The position numbers and the translations under genes were made by a program. Below the pieces are notes generated by a model. That model had not been told where the DNA came from. It searched no databases and saw only the letters and a program-made list of their open reading frames with translations. A stretch of DNA of 64,000 bases from an uncultured Verrucomicrobiae bacterium (GTDB lineage: Bacteria; Verrucomicrobiota; Verrucomicrobiia; Chthoniobacterales; JAFAMB01). This document shows positions 41,494 through 52,157 of the stretch, piece after piece. The stretch covers positions 128,001 to 192,000 of the forward strand of contig CAWEXO010000011.1 of the NCBI GenBank assembly GCA_963813025.1, read 5' to 3'. Positions within the stretch are counted from its first letter, which is position 1, and the number at the start of each line of letters is the position of its first letter.

Positions 41494-42717
41494 TTTACTT
41501 TGAGTTCCCGTGTCCGCCAATTCGGGGGAGGTTCAACTAATTGGCCATTTTTGAGAGCCCTAAGCACCGATAGGCCCTGAGTCCTTACTCCTTGGGTCAG
41601 TCCGATGAGCTTTTTATAGCTTTGCTTTAACTGCTCCTGGCCTGCTTGCGTACAAGTCCGGGCCGCTCGGCCAATCTCCAACACTCGATGTTTGACCGCC
41701 CGAGCATGATGGACAATGCGAAGCTCCGATTCCTGACAACCTCCGGCGATACGTTGCAAAGACCGGCTCATGACCCGCACTGAATCGGCCAGCAACGAGC
41801 TGTCGGTTGGGTGGTGAATATTCGTTTCGACCGCGGTGGTATCGGTGCGCAGCTTCTTTCCGGCAATGATGGTCGCCTCTTTGGCCTGCTCTACGATCTG
41901 CTGGTGAATCTGCTGGAGTGCCTTCCTTGCCAAAGAGCGCAAAAGCCCGACACAGATTGCTAAAATCTGGAATCGGATCCTCATAAAAGCGCGTGAAGCG
42001 TCGATAGAGAAGGCTGACTCGCAGTTCGTGGTGCAGTTCACGGTAGGACCAACCTTTGATGTGCTTAAGCACCGCACAGCGCAGCAGCCGATCCGGCGCA
42101 ATTCCTTCGCGGCCAACTTTGCCTGAGCCTGGCGAGCGGCTCGTCAAAGCCCGAGTGCTCAAAGCCAATAAGCCCGGGTCGTCAAGCAGCCCATCAACCG
42201 AATCGAGCACCGGGTCAGTAATGGTGGCTACTTCCTTGAAGAAAGCGAAAGCAAATAGAGAAGCTGGCCGAACGGTCTTACCGATCACTACCTAATCGAT
42301 ATAGTCGATTAGGTAACTCCCGACAACAACAAAATCAAAATTTCTTTGAAGAACTACTCGTTCGCCCTCCGCCGCGCCACGCCGAGGGGAAAAACCATTT
42401 CGCAACAGCCTTTAGCTAGAACGCGGGCGGGCCTCAAGAGGATGTGGATCGCCGCGGTCTCGCAGCTGTTCATAGTTTCTAACCGACCGTCCTTAAATCG
42501 TTGACGATAAGCCAGCGAGGGTGGTAAATAATGCTCAGACGTACTGCGGACTGGAGATTGCCATCATGCAAACAACGCCGAAGCCGAGCTGGATCCAACG
42601 CGCTGAGGATTGAGGACGAGGAGCGGTAACGGGGTGTTCCAGCATAAGACCGACTGGTGAGGAGCTATGGTCGGGTTGCGCACAGGCTGTGCCACCTTTC
42701 TAAGGCGAAGCCGGCGA

Positions 42718-43107
42718 TCACGCTGAATCTGCGAGGACCGAGAGTTCCCAACGGTAACCGTCCGGATCGTGAAACCACAAGCCCATGTTGGCTGAGCCCG
42801 GAGCCTCCGGTCCGATTTCGTCACCCGGATCTTCGACCGCAACGCCAGCTTGCTTCAGATGTTCGAGTGCCTTTCGCAATTTCGCCATGCTAGGCAAATG
42901 AAATGACATGTGATCAAGCGTTTTCGGCGAGGGCGTTCCCTTGAACAACACGATCGTCACGTTGGCGTTGCCGACCGCAACGCCGTCTTCAAACTCAAAT
43001 TCAGGGGACAAGCCCAACGCGCGTTCGAACCATTCCGCGCTGCGTTTTGGATTACGAACAGCCAATCCGAAATGACCGACTGTTCCTAACGTGAAAGGAA
43101 CTTTCAT
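42718..43107 (-). CDS. VOC/glyoxalase family protein
   Basis: GHFGLAV..SAEWFERALG, LDHMSF, WFHDPDGYRWEL. Confidence 0.88.
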   Translation of the reverse strand: MKVPFTLGTVGHFGLAVRNPKRSAEWFERALGLSPEFEFEDGVAVGNANVTIVLFKGTPSPKTLDHMSFHLPSMAKLRKALEHLKQAGVAVEDPGDEIGPEAPGSANMGLWFHDPDGYRWELSVLADSA

Positions 43108-43240
43108 GGTAGTTATTGTAGCCGATCGGGCGAGGAGGTCGTTGAGAAGTTTGAGCTGGAGTTGCCCATGCGGCCGGCTCCGCGCGCATTAATGTCCGAA
43201 GAAACCACCAGCGGACCAGAAGAGGGCCTCGCGCGGAGAC

Positions 43241-44370
43241 CTAGTGCCTAATTGCGTAAGTTAGTTATATGTATGGCGACTTTCCCCTGATGTACCTGGG
43301 ATTTGGTCCATTCGAAGGGAGCCGCATTGTTATTGTAGTTCTTGATGAAGGTGTCGATGGCGTTGCGCAGCTTTGCCACGCTGGCGAAGTTTGCCCCCTG
43401 GAGGGCTTGGCGGCTCAAGATACTAAACCAGATCTCAATCTGGTTGAGCCAAGAAGCGTGGGTTGGAGTGAAATGGAAATGCACATTGGGGTGAGCCTTC
43501 AACCAGCGATCTTGCTTTGGCTTATGGGTCGCAAGGTTGTCTAAGACCACATGAATTTCTTTGTCGAGATTTCCGGCAACTACCTGGTTCATAAACTCCA
43601 GGAATTCCCGTCGGCGCTGGCGCCGGTAATGACCAGCCTGCACTTGGCCGCTGGCAATGTTGAGGGCGGCAAAGAGAGTGGAGGTGCCATGGCGCTTGTA
43701 CTCGTGGCTAAAACCCGTCAGCGCCCTGCCATTGGGCAAGCGAATCCAACCTTGGGCTCTTTCCAGGGCTTGAATGGCTGGTTTTTCATCAATGGCCAAG
43801 ATGAGCGCATTCTGGGGCGGATTGAGATAAAGACCGACAATGTCAGCGGCCTTGCGCACAAACTCCGGATCGGTGGAAATGCACCAGCTGCGGCGCCGTT
43901 CCAATTCAATGCCTTGTTGGCGCAAAATGCGCCAGACTTGATCGGAGGAAACATCGGCCAGACTCTGCGCCAGCAGTCGCCCATTCCAGCGCCCGTAGCC
44001 CGCCGGTGGATCTTCATCCAGCAGCGCCAAGACCCGCTTGACCGTCATTTGATCATACTTGGCCGGCTTTCCACTGCGTGGCGCGTCTTCCAAGCCAGCC
44101 AGGCCTTGGCGCACAAAGCGCCGCCGCCATTTACTCACCGTCACCTCGGGAATGCGCAGGCTCTTGGCAATCGCACGTCCACTCAAGCCCGCTGCCGCCT
44201 TCAAGATAATCTGACTCCTGACCTTGAGCCGGTGTTCGACCCGTTGCGCTCGACTCCAACCCTCCAAGAGCTTGCGCTTTTCCACAGAAAGTTTGATGCG
44301 ACCCGTTGCCATCCATCCAACAAATCATAATTTTTCATAAATATAAAGAACTAAAGCAACTAAGTACTAG
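43241..44370 (-). mobile_element. IS630-family insertion sequence, copy 2
   Basis: Same length (1130 bp including CTAG ends) and near-identical to copy 1. Confidence 0.95.
43248..44312 (-). CDS. IS630-family transposase
   Basis: As copy 1, with 5 amino-acid differences. Confidence 0.96.
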   Translation of the reverse strand: MATGRIKLSVEKRKLLEGWSRAQRVEHRLKVRSQIILKAAAGLSGRAIAKSLRIPEVTVSKWRRRFVRQGLAGLEDAPRSGKPAKYDQMTVKRVLALLDEDPPAGYGRWNGRLLAQSLADVSSDQVWRILRQQGIELERRRSWCISTDPEFVRKAADIVGLYLNPPQNALILAIDEKPAIQALERAQGWIRLPNGRALTGFSHEYKRHGTSTLFAALNIASGQVQAGHYRRQRRREFLEFMNQVVAGNLDKEIHVVLDNLATHKPKQDRWLKAHPNVHFHFTPTHASWLNQIEIWFSILSRQALQGANFASVAKLRNAIDTFIKNYNNNAAPFEWTKSQVHQGKVAIHITNLRN

Positions 44371-44410
44371 CGCCGCGGAGCCGCAACCAGAGCGGCCGTG
44401 CAGAGTCCAG

Positions 44411-44467
44411 TGACAGGTTGGAAGCCTGTGCCACTTTCCCGCCGTGACACCGGCATCTTTGCCCGTG
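44411..44467. repeat. Two degenerate GTRG-type REP-like hairpins
   Basis: GTGGCACAGGCTTCCAACCTGTCA (minus strand) and GTGACACCGGCATCTTTGCCCGTG (plus strand); related to the arm at 2704-2726. Confidence 0.5.
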
Positions 44468-44593
44468 AGCCTTCAAACTGTTCAGCTCCTCGTAAATCCT
44501 CGCATGAAAAAAAGATTTTCACGGACAGTAGTACGGTGTGCATGGAGGTGTTGAAAAACACCCTCGGCGTACTCCGTGACCTCCGTGCGCGAC

Positions 44594-45401
44594 TCAATGG
44601 ACAACAACGCCGAGCCCGGTGCAGCCCAAGACCTGCGCCGCCGTAAGCGCATAAACCCTCGCACATTGGACAATATTGCGGATTGGAACAAACTCGTTCG
44701 GTCCGTGGGAGACAGTCGGTAATCCCGGCCCATAGGCGAACGCGGGAATGCCGTGAGCTGCGTAGAATCGCGTTTCGAGCAGGTCCGGGCACATCTCGAA
44801 CGTGGGTTCTTTACCGGTCAGGCTCGCGATCTGACGCGACAGAATCACGCCGGGCGGATTTTGCGCCGGAGTCGCCGCCGCGGCTTCCTCCTGAAGCGTC
44901 TCGATTTCGAAACCTACCAACGCGTCGCACAACCGACATTTTCTTCTTCGAGGTTTTCTTCGGGATTAATGCGACGATCAACCGTGAAGGAACAGAAATC
45001 GGGCGTGACGTTGAAAATCGTACCTGCTTCGACCCGCCCGCCGAGCATCAGGATCGATCTTCGCGCCGCCGCCGGAGCGATGTCCTGCTGCGTTTCGCGG
45101 AGCTCGACTTCATTCTTAATTTCAACAAGCCGCACTATTGCCGGCAGCGCGCGTTCGAACGCGTTGAGGCCTTCGAATTGCCGACCGACGTGCGCCGCCT
45201 TCCCCCTGCATGGTGGCCCGCAGCGAAATGGCTCCGCGGTTGGCATTCCAGATGACGCCGCCGAGCACATTCCTCATATTGATTCCCTGGTGGATTTTCC
45301 GATGGAATCGCGATCAAACGCTGCGTAAGATCCAGCATCGCCGGCTCGGAAAGCCGCTCGCGGAGTCGGGCTTCAAGTGGCTTCGTATTTAAGGTCTCCA
45401 T
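44594..45401 (-). pseudogene. M20 (ArgE/DapE-like) metallopeptidase with a large internal deletion and frameshifts
   Basis: RLIAIPSENPPGN..EECA joins directly to IWNANRG..GKAAHVG..NAF; the HxD, DMK and EE metal-ligand segment is absent; ends YGPG..SHGPNEFV. Confidence 0.8.
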
Positions 45402-45482
45402 TCAGCAACTCAGACCAACACTGATCTGATTGCACACGTAAAGATCTGTTTACATCCGCAGTTTGTCCGCGAATCGTTTCTC

Positions 45483-45716
45483 GTGCGAAAGAAAGTTGTA
45501 CGTGCAGCAGGACCGATCGTGGTCGGGTTGATAACTTCTTTGGTCGCATGCCAAAGCGGAGGAAATGCCACTTCGAAGGCAGAAACAACGGATCCAAACG
45601 CGGCTTTCGCCCGGGGTGGCGCGCAGACAAGTGCTCCTACCGAAACGCCGAGCGGTGTTTCATCTCGTAAAGGGGGGCTTTTGCGAGGGGCTGACACAGA
45701 AAGCCAGAGTCGGTGA
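45483..45716 (+). CDS. Possible small lipoprotein
   Basis: Basic N-terminus, hydrophobic stretch, LVAC lipobox, low-complexity tail. Confidence 0.4.
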   Translation: MRKKVVRAAGPIVVGLITSLVACQSGGNATSKAETTDPNAAFARGGAQTSAPTETPSGVSSRKGGLLRGADTESQSR

Positions 45717-45726
45717 GACATGACAA

Positions 45727-46779
45727 TCATTGAGCCGGAAGCAAAACCGCTTTCACGATTTCGCCGGAATGCATGGCTTCAAATGCGTCGTGCCACTCAG
45801 CCAAAGGCGAAATGCGACTGAACTCCGGACCGATATCCAATTGATCCGAGGAAAGCAAACGGATGACCCGTTCCCAGATCGGCCAGTTATGCGAAAAGCT
45901 GCCCTGCAATGTCACGGCTTTCTGAACTAACGGATCGAGCGAAAAATTGAACGGTTGCGGTCCCCAACCAACTTTGCTGATCTGGCCGGCAGGCCGGACA
46001 ATATCGATGGCGAGCTTCAGCGTGGCGGAAACCCCAGCGGCATCGAGCACGACATCAAAACCGTACCCATCGCGCAGCGATCGGGTCCACGCGACAATGT
46101 CTTCGCCGTTGGCGCCGAGGGTCGCGGACGCGCCGATCTGCTCGGCGACCTGCAATCGACGCGTATCCGCGGCGTGCCGATGACAACTATCTCACCGGCG
46201 CCGGCGAGCTTTGCCATCGACGGCACAGAGCAGACCGATCGGCCCAGGTCCAATGACCGCTACCGCGTCGCCGGGAGCAATGCGGGCGTTGCCGCACGTG
46301 GCGTTGTAAGCAACACAGCAGGGCTCGGTCAGGGCTGCGACTTCAAAGGGCAGCGTAACGGGAATGTGGTGCAGGACGCGTTCCGGCACTTTCGTGTAGT
46401 GCGTCATGGCGCCGTCAACTCCGAACCCAAACCCGCGCCGGCCGGGATCCAGGTTATAGAGGCCGCGATGAACAAAAGGCGAGTTTTCATCGATGAACGC
46501 CGCGGTTTCGCTGACCACTCGATCGCCTTCCTTGAAACCGCGAACGTTCTTGCCGACTTGAGCAATTACCCCACCGAACTCGTGGCCTAATATAACCGGA
46601 TAGTTTATTTTCCAGCTATGCTGCTCATAGGCCACGTGAATATCGGTGCCGCACACGCCGACCGCTTGAACGGCTAACAGCACGTCCTGATCGCCGATTT
46701 CCGGAACCGGAACTTCGCGGAGCTCCACACTGTGAGGTTCGGGCCCATAGTTAACAACAGCGGGCATCTTCTTATTCAT
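45727..46779 (-). CDS. Zinc-dependent sugar/alcohol dehydrogenase (frameshifts near 46160-46215)
   Basis: GVCGTDIH, GHEFGG, LTEPCCVAY, GPGPIG, KVGWG, GSFSHNW. Confidence 0.88.
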
Positions 46780-46988
46780 GAATGATGACGAAATCTAAAG
46801 TTAAGATTTAGGAATCGTTCGTTGAGCGGCATTATCCCATGAGCCGGAGTTAAAACACGGAGTTCAAGCCAACGAGATTGTTGCGTATGGCCCGCAACGT
46901 CGCCGCTTCCAAACGAAAAAGCCGCGAACCGTCCAATGCGTTCCAAATCCGATTGCAAATTTGCGCTCATGCGAGTGAAGACAATGCT

Positions 46989-47805
46989 TATGGACCCTTG
47001 CCATCGCCTTCAGCACCTTGGCGTTCCCGGACACAACCCTGGCGGAGGCTACTTCGCTTGGCCGCTCCTGGGGCTACGCTGGCGTCGAGCTGCGGCTCAT
47101 CGATGGCCAACTGATTGATCTTCGATGCCCGCTACCGAACGCGTCGGGTGAAGCAGACGTGCACTGCCGCCGACTTGCCGATTGTTTCCGTCGACAGCTC
47201 GATCCTTCTCACAGCCGACGATGCTGGATCCCAACTCCGTGGGTTTCTCGAACTAGCGAACGAATGGGAATCGCCAGTCATTCGCGTCTACGGCGGTCCA
47301 TTGGCCGAAGAGCCGGGGGCACGCCGGACACAGATGGAGGCTGCGGCAAGGGTGCTCCAGGGAGCGATCCCCATCGCCGAACGGCTCGGTGTGGCCATCG
47401 CCATCGAGACCCACGACGCCTTCTCGGCCTCTTCGGTGGTTGCGGAGCTGCTGGCAATGGTAGAGTCGAAGTGGGTCGGCGCCTTGTGGGACACCCATCA
47501 CCCTCACCGGATGGGAGAATCGTCCGACCGAGGTCTACGAGCACATCGGCCCTCGGGTCTTGCACGTGCAAGTCAAGGATGCCCGACGCTCAGCGGAGCA
47601 CAAAGGTGGCTGGCAGCTCGTACCTCTGGGCGAGGGAGAGGTACCGGTTCGGGAGATAATCGGATTGCTGGCTGCCGGTGGTTACGATGGGTATCTCTCG
47701 GTCGAGTGGGAAAAGTACTGGCACCCGGAGATCGAAAAGCCCGAGATCGCGCTGCCCCAGCACCTGAAAGTGCTCGCCGAATGGACACAGAACCTTGTGA
47801 GGTGA
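46989..47805 (+). CDS. Sugar phosphate isomerase/epimerase, TIM barrel (frameshifted)
   Basis: IAFSTLAFP, GVELR, IRVYGG, IETHD, LWDTHH, HVQVKD, GEG, SVEWEKYWHPEI. Confidence 0.82.
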
Positions 47806-47866
47806 CGAGTGTCCCTCGTCCCGAGTGACCCGGGAACCGGGACTCGGGACTCGGAACACGGAACTG

Positions 47867-48922
47867 CTACGCGGCGCTCGCCGCAGAGGCCCGGCTCCGG
47901 CGATACAATTCAGGCAACGGCAGGGATTTCACGACTGCCCGGCCACCGTTGGACATGGAAACCAGTACTGCCTCCGTTATAGTCGCCGCGCGATAGCCGT
48001 CCCACGCATCGGCCCCATCTACCGGAACTCCTTCGGTATTACCCGAACGCCAACGAAAAATTGCGTCAACCCAGCTCTGCAACTCAAGCCGGTATGCCAC
48101 GGCAAAGCGGCCTCGCCAATCCGGGGGGATGTCCTGGCAGATTTTCAAACCAGAGCGCACAACTGTCCGTGCAGTCGCAGCCAACTCAACTGTACCTTTC
48201 TCGCCGACGATTTCACATCGGATCTCGTAACCATATCTAGATCGCATCAAGATTTCGACGATGACAAGCGCGCCACCCTCAAGTTCCAAAATCATCACCT
48301 GCGGGTCCGGCAACTTGCCGCCAGCCGCTCGGATTGGGGAAAACCAGTTCACCGCGACCACCTCCCGGCCGAATAGCCACGGCATCACGTCAAACTCATG
48401 CACAGCCGAGCTGATCACCGTGTCTTCCGCGGTCCAGCGCGCCGGTGCGCGGAGGTTGCGGTGCGCACAATGGGCCAGCAATGGAGTGCCGGCTATTCCC
48501 GATACGATTTGTTTACGCAGTTCGACATATCCTGGATCAAATCGCCGCATGAATCCCACCTGCACAAGACGTAACCCTGCAGCCTCTTCATGACGCAGGA
48601 TAGCCTCACATTCGGTCACCGTCGGTGCGAGCGGCTTCTCGCAAAGAACTGGTTTGCGCGCGGCGATAGTCGCGATGACGTAGCCGGCATGCGTCGTGTT
48701 GCTCGAAGCGATGATCACAGCGTCCACCTCAGGCGACCAAATGAGGTCCTCAGCTGATGCGAGCGCTCTTGCACCGGGAACATGTGCGGCCATGCTTTCG
48801 GCACGCTTCAGGTCGATATCCGCGATCGCCCGTACTTCTGCTCCAGAAATCGCGGAGGCAATAATGTTAATGTGTTCGGCTCCCATATTACCGATGCCAA
48901 TCACTCCGATACCTAGATTCAT
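47867..48922 (-). CDS. Gfo/Idh/MocA oxidoreductase, inositol 2-dehydrogenase-like
   Basis: GVIGIGNMG, CEKPLA, VQVGFMRRFD, HRN, VHEFD, YGYEIRCE, WDGY. Confidence 0.9.
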   Translation of the reverse strand: MNLGIGVIGIGNMGAEHINIIASAISGAEVRAIADIDLKRAESMAAHVPGARALASAEDLIWSPEVDAVIIASSNTTHAGYVIATIAARKPVLCEKPLAPTVTECEAILRHEEAAGLRLVQVGFMRRFDPGYVELRKQIVSGIAGTPLLAHCAHRNLRAPARWTAEDTVISSAVHEFDVMPWLFGREVVAVNWFSPIRAAGGKLPDPQVMILELEGGALVIVEILMRSRYGYEIRCEIVGEKGTVELAATARTVVRSGLKICQDIPPDWRGRFAVAYRLELQSWVDAIFRWRSGNTEGVPVDGADAWDGYRAATITEAVLVSMSNGGRAVVKSLPLPELYRRSRASAASAA

Positions 48923-49184
48923 TGTGGTGGGTCCTTAAACGCCTTCTTCGAGAAGCAAGGGTTTTCGTCAGAATTCAAAGAAAAGGATCTGGTAAATATC
49001 GCGGCCAGCTTAGCACCAATGGGCGCGAGCAGTCACTACTGATAGCGCGGAAGCCGGACAGCGATGGGGTACTCGCCACGCAGCCCGATCTTTTCGACGA
49101 GCCAGAGCACAGGGGTTAAGCCAGAGAAATAGTGGAAAGCGCGTCCATGGCTCACGGTCAATTACTTCTGAAGACATATTCGTA

Positions 49185-50321
49185 TCACTTTGGAGTGGTC
49201 CCGAGATACTGATAGAGGAGGTCACGCCAAGCCGGTTCGTGAATTTTGCGCAATAACACCCGGTTTATTCCTTCACGCAGAGGACTGCCTTCCTTGAGCG
49301 CGAAGGCATAAAGTTGAGTCTCCAGATCCAATCGGATAACGATAAACTGACCGCGAAACTTGCTGCGGATGATGTTGCGCAAGAACGGCTCATCATAAAA
49401 CACGGCCTGAATCTTCCCGGCTTTGAGTGCCGCAAATAGGTCGTTTCGGGAAAAGGCCTGATAGTCAATATGGTTTTCCTCGAGGTATTCCGCCGTTGAG
49501 CTATTCGCGAATGTGCCAACACGAATCCGTCGAAGATCATCAAGACCCCGAATGTCAGACTCTCGTCCGAGTCGCTCCGCGGTGAGGATTGAAGCGATGC
49601 TTGCCGTGAATGTCGAGATTAGCACCACGCTGATTAACATCCAGGAAACGGCAATCACCCGTCCTGTTAAAGTCTTGGGAGTAATATCGCCATAGCCAAT
49701 CCCGGTCATCGTTACCGACGACCACCAGACAGCACTGCCGAAACCGGCGCTTCTTTTGCCGCCGAATTGCTCGGGGTTTTTTTTGCGCTCGCAGAGCCAG
49801 ACTAGCGCTGCCACGACCACCATGACCAACAAAAGGCCAAGCACGATTCGGACAAACGCTCGGAGGATGTGCAAACTGGCGACGGACAACCGGTCCGGCC
49901 GTATAGCGACAGCCAGACTCGAACTGTAGTAGGGCTGAGTAAAGTCGCAGACTTCTTCGCGGCGCTCCGTGATCGTCAGGGGGCCGACCGCGATATCGAG
50001 CCAGCCCTCTGCAAGACCAGCGAAATATCCGCTCAAATCTGTCTCGCGAATCTCGAAATTGAGTCCCAGTTCGCTAGCAATCTGGCGCCAGAGCTCAACA
50101 CTTATCCCGGTCCAGGTACCATCAGCGTTTCGGATGTTAAATGGCGGACCAACAGCCAAGCCGACGACAAGCTTTTTGTTGGGAATTGGCGGCAGCGGTC
50201 TTGGCGGCGGCAGGGACTCGTCGCGAGGCCCGGCGGCGATCGTCCAGGAAGCTATCAAACACAGAAGTCCGGCACACGAAGCGATTGTTCGTCTCATTTG
50301 ACTAGGCAAAAATTTTGACAT
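49185..50321 (-). CDS. GluR0-like ligand-gated channel (SBP_bac_3 ligand-binding domain split by a K+ channel pore)
   Basis: PPF..GISVELW..LTITERREE..DFTQPY (S1), TM, WWSSVTMTGIGYGD pore, TM with FTASIAS.LT, then S2 domain. Confidence 0.88.
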   Translation of the reverse strand: MSKFLPSQMRRTIASCAGLLCLIASWTIAAGPRDESLPPPRPLPPIPNKKLVVGLAVGPPFNIRNADGTWTGISVELWRQIASELGLNFEIRETDLSGYFAGLAEGWLDIAVGPLTITERREEVCDFTQPYYSSSLAVAIRPDRLSVASLHILRAFVRIVLGLLLVMVVVAALVWLCERKKNPEQFGGKRSAGFGSAVWWSSVTMTGIGYGDITPKTLTGRVIAVSWMLISVVLISTFTASIASILTAERLGRESDIRGLDDLRRIRVGTFANSSTAEYLEENHIDYQAFSRNDLFAALKAGKIQAVFYDEPFLRNIIRSKFRGQFIVIRLDLETQLYAFALKEGSPLREGINRVLLRKIHEPAWRDLLYQYLGTTPK

Positions 50322-50526
50322 CGTCTTGGATTCCTAAAAAAACAGGTTCGTCACCGTTGGATTACTCCTGACTAACCTCTTCTTGGACCAGACGCGATGC
50401 GATTGTGATCGAAGTGACAGCAGCGCTGCCTTTCTGTTCCAACAGACTGACGCGGTTACCGTGCAGTGGGAGGGATACTATCTCGTTCGCATCAATGCCG
50501 GTCCGGAGCGATTCCCCTATCTATCT

Positions 50527-51435
50527 TCACCGGCCTGCATTTGCGGCAATTAAGTTGAGATCGGCGATCGTTTGCGGAGGCAGTTGGAGCGTTGCAGCTT
50601 TGACGTTCTCGCGGAGATGCTTCACGGACGAGGTACCGGGAATCAGGAGGATGTTCGGGGCCCGCTGCAACAGCCATGCGAGAGCGATCTGCATGGGCGT
50701 TGCCTGCAGTGACGCTGCTGCTGCTTCAAGTGCCGATGACTGTAAAGGATTGAACCCGCCTAGCGGAAAGAACGGCACATACGCTATGCCTTGGTGCGCG
50801 AGTTCCCCGATGAATCCGTCATCGTTGCGTTGCGCCACGTTGTACAGGTTCTGCACGCAGACTATCTCGGTTACCTTCTGAGCCTCCGCCAACTGGCCTG
50901 GACTGACATTGCTCAGACCGAGATGACGAATCAATCCTTGAACTTTGAGTTCGGCAAGCACACTCAAGGGTTCTTTAACGGAAGCCTCTGATGGCCAGTT
51001 GACTCCTCCGACTCGAAGATTCACTGCGTCAAGCCTATCGAGTCCTAGATTTCGGAGGTTGTCATGAATGGAGCCGATCAGCTCTTGGCGGGACAGTGCA
51101 TGAACCCACGACTTATCATCACCACGGCGAGCGCCCACCTTACTGACAATCACCAGCCCCTCTGGATAGGGGTGAAGAGCCTGCCGGATGATTTGGTTAG
51201 TGATGTGCGGACCGTAAAAGTCGGCCGTGTCGATATGGTTGATTCCGAGTGCTACCGCCTCGCGCAGCACAGCAACGGCTGCATCCATATCGCGGGGCGG
51301 CCCCCAGACGCCCGGCCCAGCGAGCTGCATGGCACCATATCCTAACCGGTTCACGGTTATGGAAGTACCGGGCAGAGTGAAGCTGCCACCGAGATTCGTT
51401 TGAGCAGTCGCGCGGGTGTCGCTGGTCGGTTTCAT
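50527..51435 (-). CDS. Aldo/keto reductase (YdbC-like)
   Basis: RLGYGAMQL, IDTADFYG, GLSNV, VQNLYN, PFFPLG, IPGTSS..HLREN. Confidence 0.93.
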   Translation of the reverse strand: MKPTSDTRATAQTNLGGSFTLPGTSITVNRLGYGAMQLAGPGVWGPPRDMDAAVAVLREAVALGINHIDTADFYGPHITNQIIRQALHPYPEGLVIVSKVGARRGDDKSWVHALSRQELIGSIHDNLRNLGLDRLDAVNLRVGGVNWPSEASVKEPLSVLAELKVQGLIRHLGLSNVSPGQLAEAQKVTEIVCVQNLYNVAQRNDDGFIGELAHQGIAYVPFFPLGGFNPLQSSALEAAAASLQATPMQIALAWLLQRAPNILLIPGTSSVKHLRENVKAATLQLPPQTIADLNLIAANAGR

Positions 51436-51483
51436 TAGAGTAAGGAGACTCTTCTGCGAGACGCGGGGAATTGCAAAATGGGG

Positions 51484-52047
51484 CTACTCTCCCGCTTTCA
51501 AGGCCATATGCACGGTGGGAAGAACCGCATCGGCCAGCTCGTCGGCCGAATTCTTTTTTTCGCGACTCCATTGTAACGCGGCGCCGGCGATCGCCCAGCT
51601 CACCATCGTCGCCTTGAGTTCCGGGTTCTTGGCTCCACGCTGACGAAGCCCGGCCATCAAGGACTCGCGCATGACAGACTTTACCTGGAACTCAACCATC
51701 GGCTCGAATTGACGCTGGTGTTTTTGACAGCCGGAAGAGACTTCAGCCAGAAAGTCGCACGCCGCCAGGATCAATTGCCTCAACGCCGTTTCGCAAGTGC
51801 CTTCGCTTCCCGCCGTCCGCGCGGCGATCAAGGCGCCGAATCGCTCGCCCATCATGGCTTCGAGCAGGGCGAACTTGTCCGTGAAGTGATCATAAAAGGT
51901 AGCCCGGTTGAGCGTAGAGCGTTCGGCAATGTCCTGCACTGTGATGAGGTCGAAGGTTTTCTCCGAGAGCAGTGAGTGAAACGCATCGAAGAGCATCTGT
52001 CTGGTGCGCCGGATGCGCGGGTCAAGTTTCGCTGGTGCGACCGGCAT
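51484..52047 (-). CDS. TetR/AcrR family transcriptional regulator
   Basis: DPRIRRTR..ITVQDIAERSTLNRATFYDHFTDK. Confidence 0.92.
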   Translation of the reverse strand: MPVAPAKLDPRIRRTRQMLFDAFHSLLSEKTFDLITVQDIAERSTLNRATFYDHFTDKFALLEAMMGERFGALIAARTAGSEGTCETALRQLILAACDFLAEVSSGCQKHQRQFEPMVEFQVKSVMRESLMAGLRQRGAKNPELKATMVSWAIAGAALQWSREKKNSADELADAVLPTVHMALKAGE

Positions 52048-52157
52048 GCATGCAGGGTAGCGTTTGACAACCTTTCCGTCCAATGATGTATTCACAACAT
52101 CTGTCGTTTTCCGATCTCACTGATGACAGTCTAAACCCAAATCGAAAGGAACCCATC

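Larger units (their letters stand above)
40084..41535 (-). mobile_element. IS3-family insertion sequence
   Basis: TG...CA ends (TGTACTTGCCCCGAA / TGAACCTCCCCCGAA), 3-bp ACT target duplication, orfA/orfB layout. Confidence 0.95.
39404..42288 (-). pseudogene. IS5/ISNCY-family DDE transposase split by IS3 (plus frameshifts)
   Basis: GREG..RLLR..VLK..WSYREL, LRTDTTAVETNIHHPTDSSLL, KILSLFEPH..IRKGKAHKPNEFG, ADRGFWS, RTGIEARLSTLK; rejoins as GQLV/ARQE when the IS3 is removed. Confidence 0.88.
39039..42412 (-). mobile_element. IS5/ISNCY-like element (transposase + DUF6788 gene), interrupted by an IS3
   Basis: Inverted ends AAGCCTGTTGCGAAATGGTT / AAGGCTGTTGCGAAATGGTT, flanked by direct TAGCTA (39033-39038, 42413-42418). 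Confidence 0.88.

Noticed and set aside
46791..46809. Palindrome AAATCT-N7-AGATTT upstream of the dehydrogenase
   Set aside because: Could be an operator, but it lies in AT-rich sequence with no cognate regulator nearby.
47810..47866. Short GGGACTC/GGAACAC heptamer run
   Set aside because: Only a few degenerate units between convergent genes; not a CRISPR array and too short to interpret.
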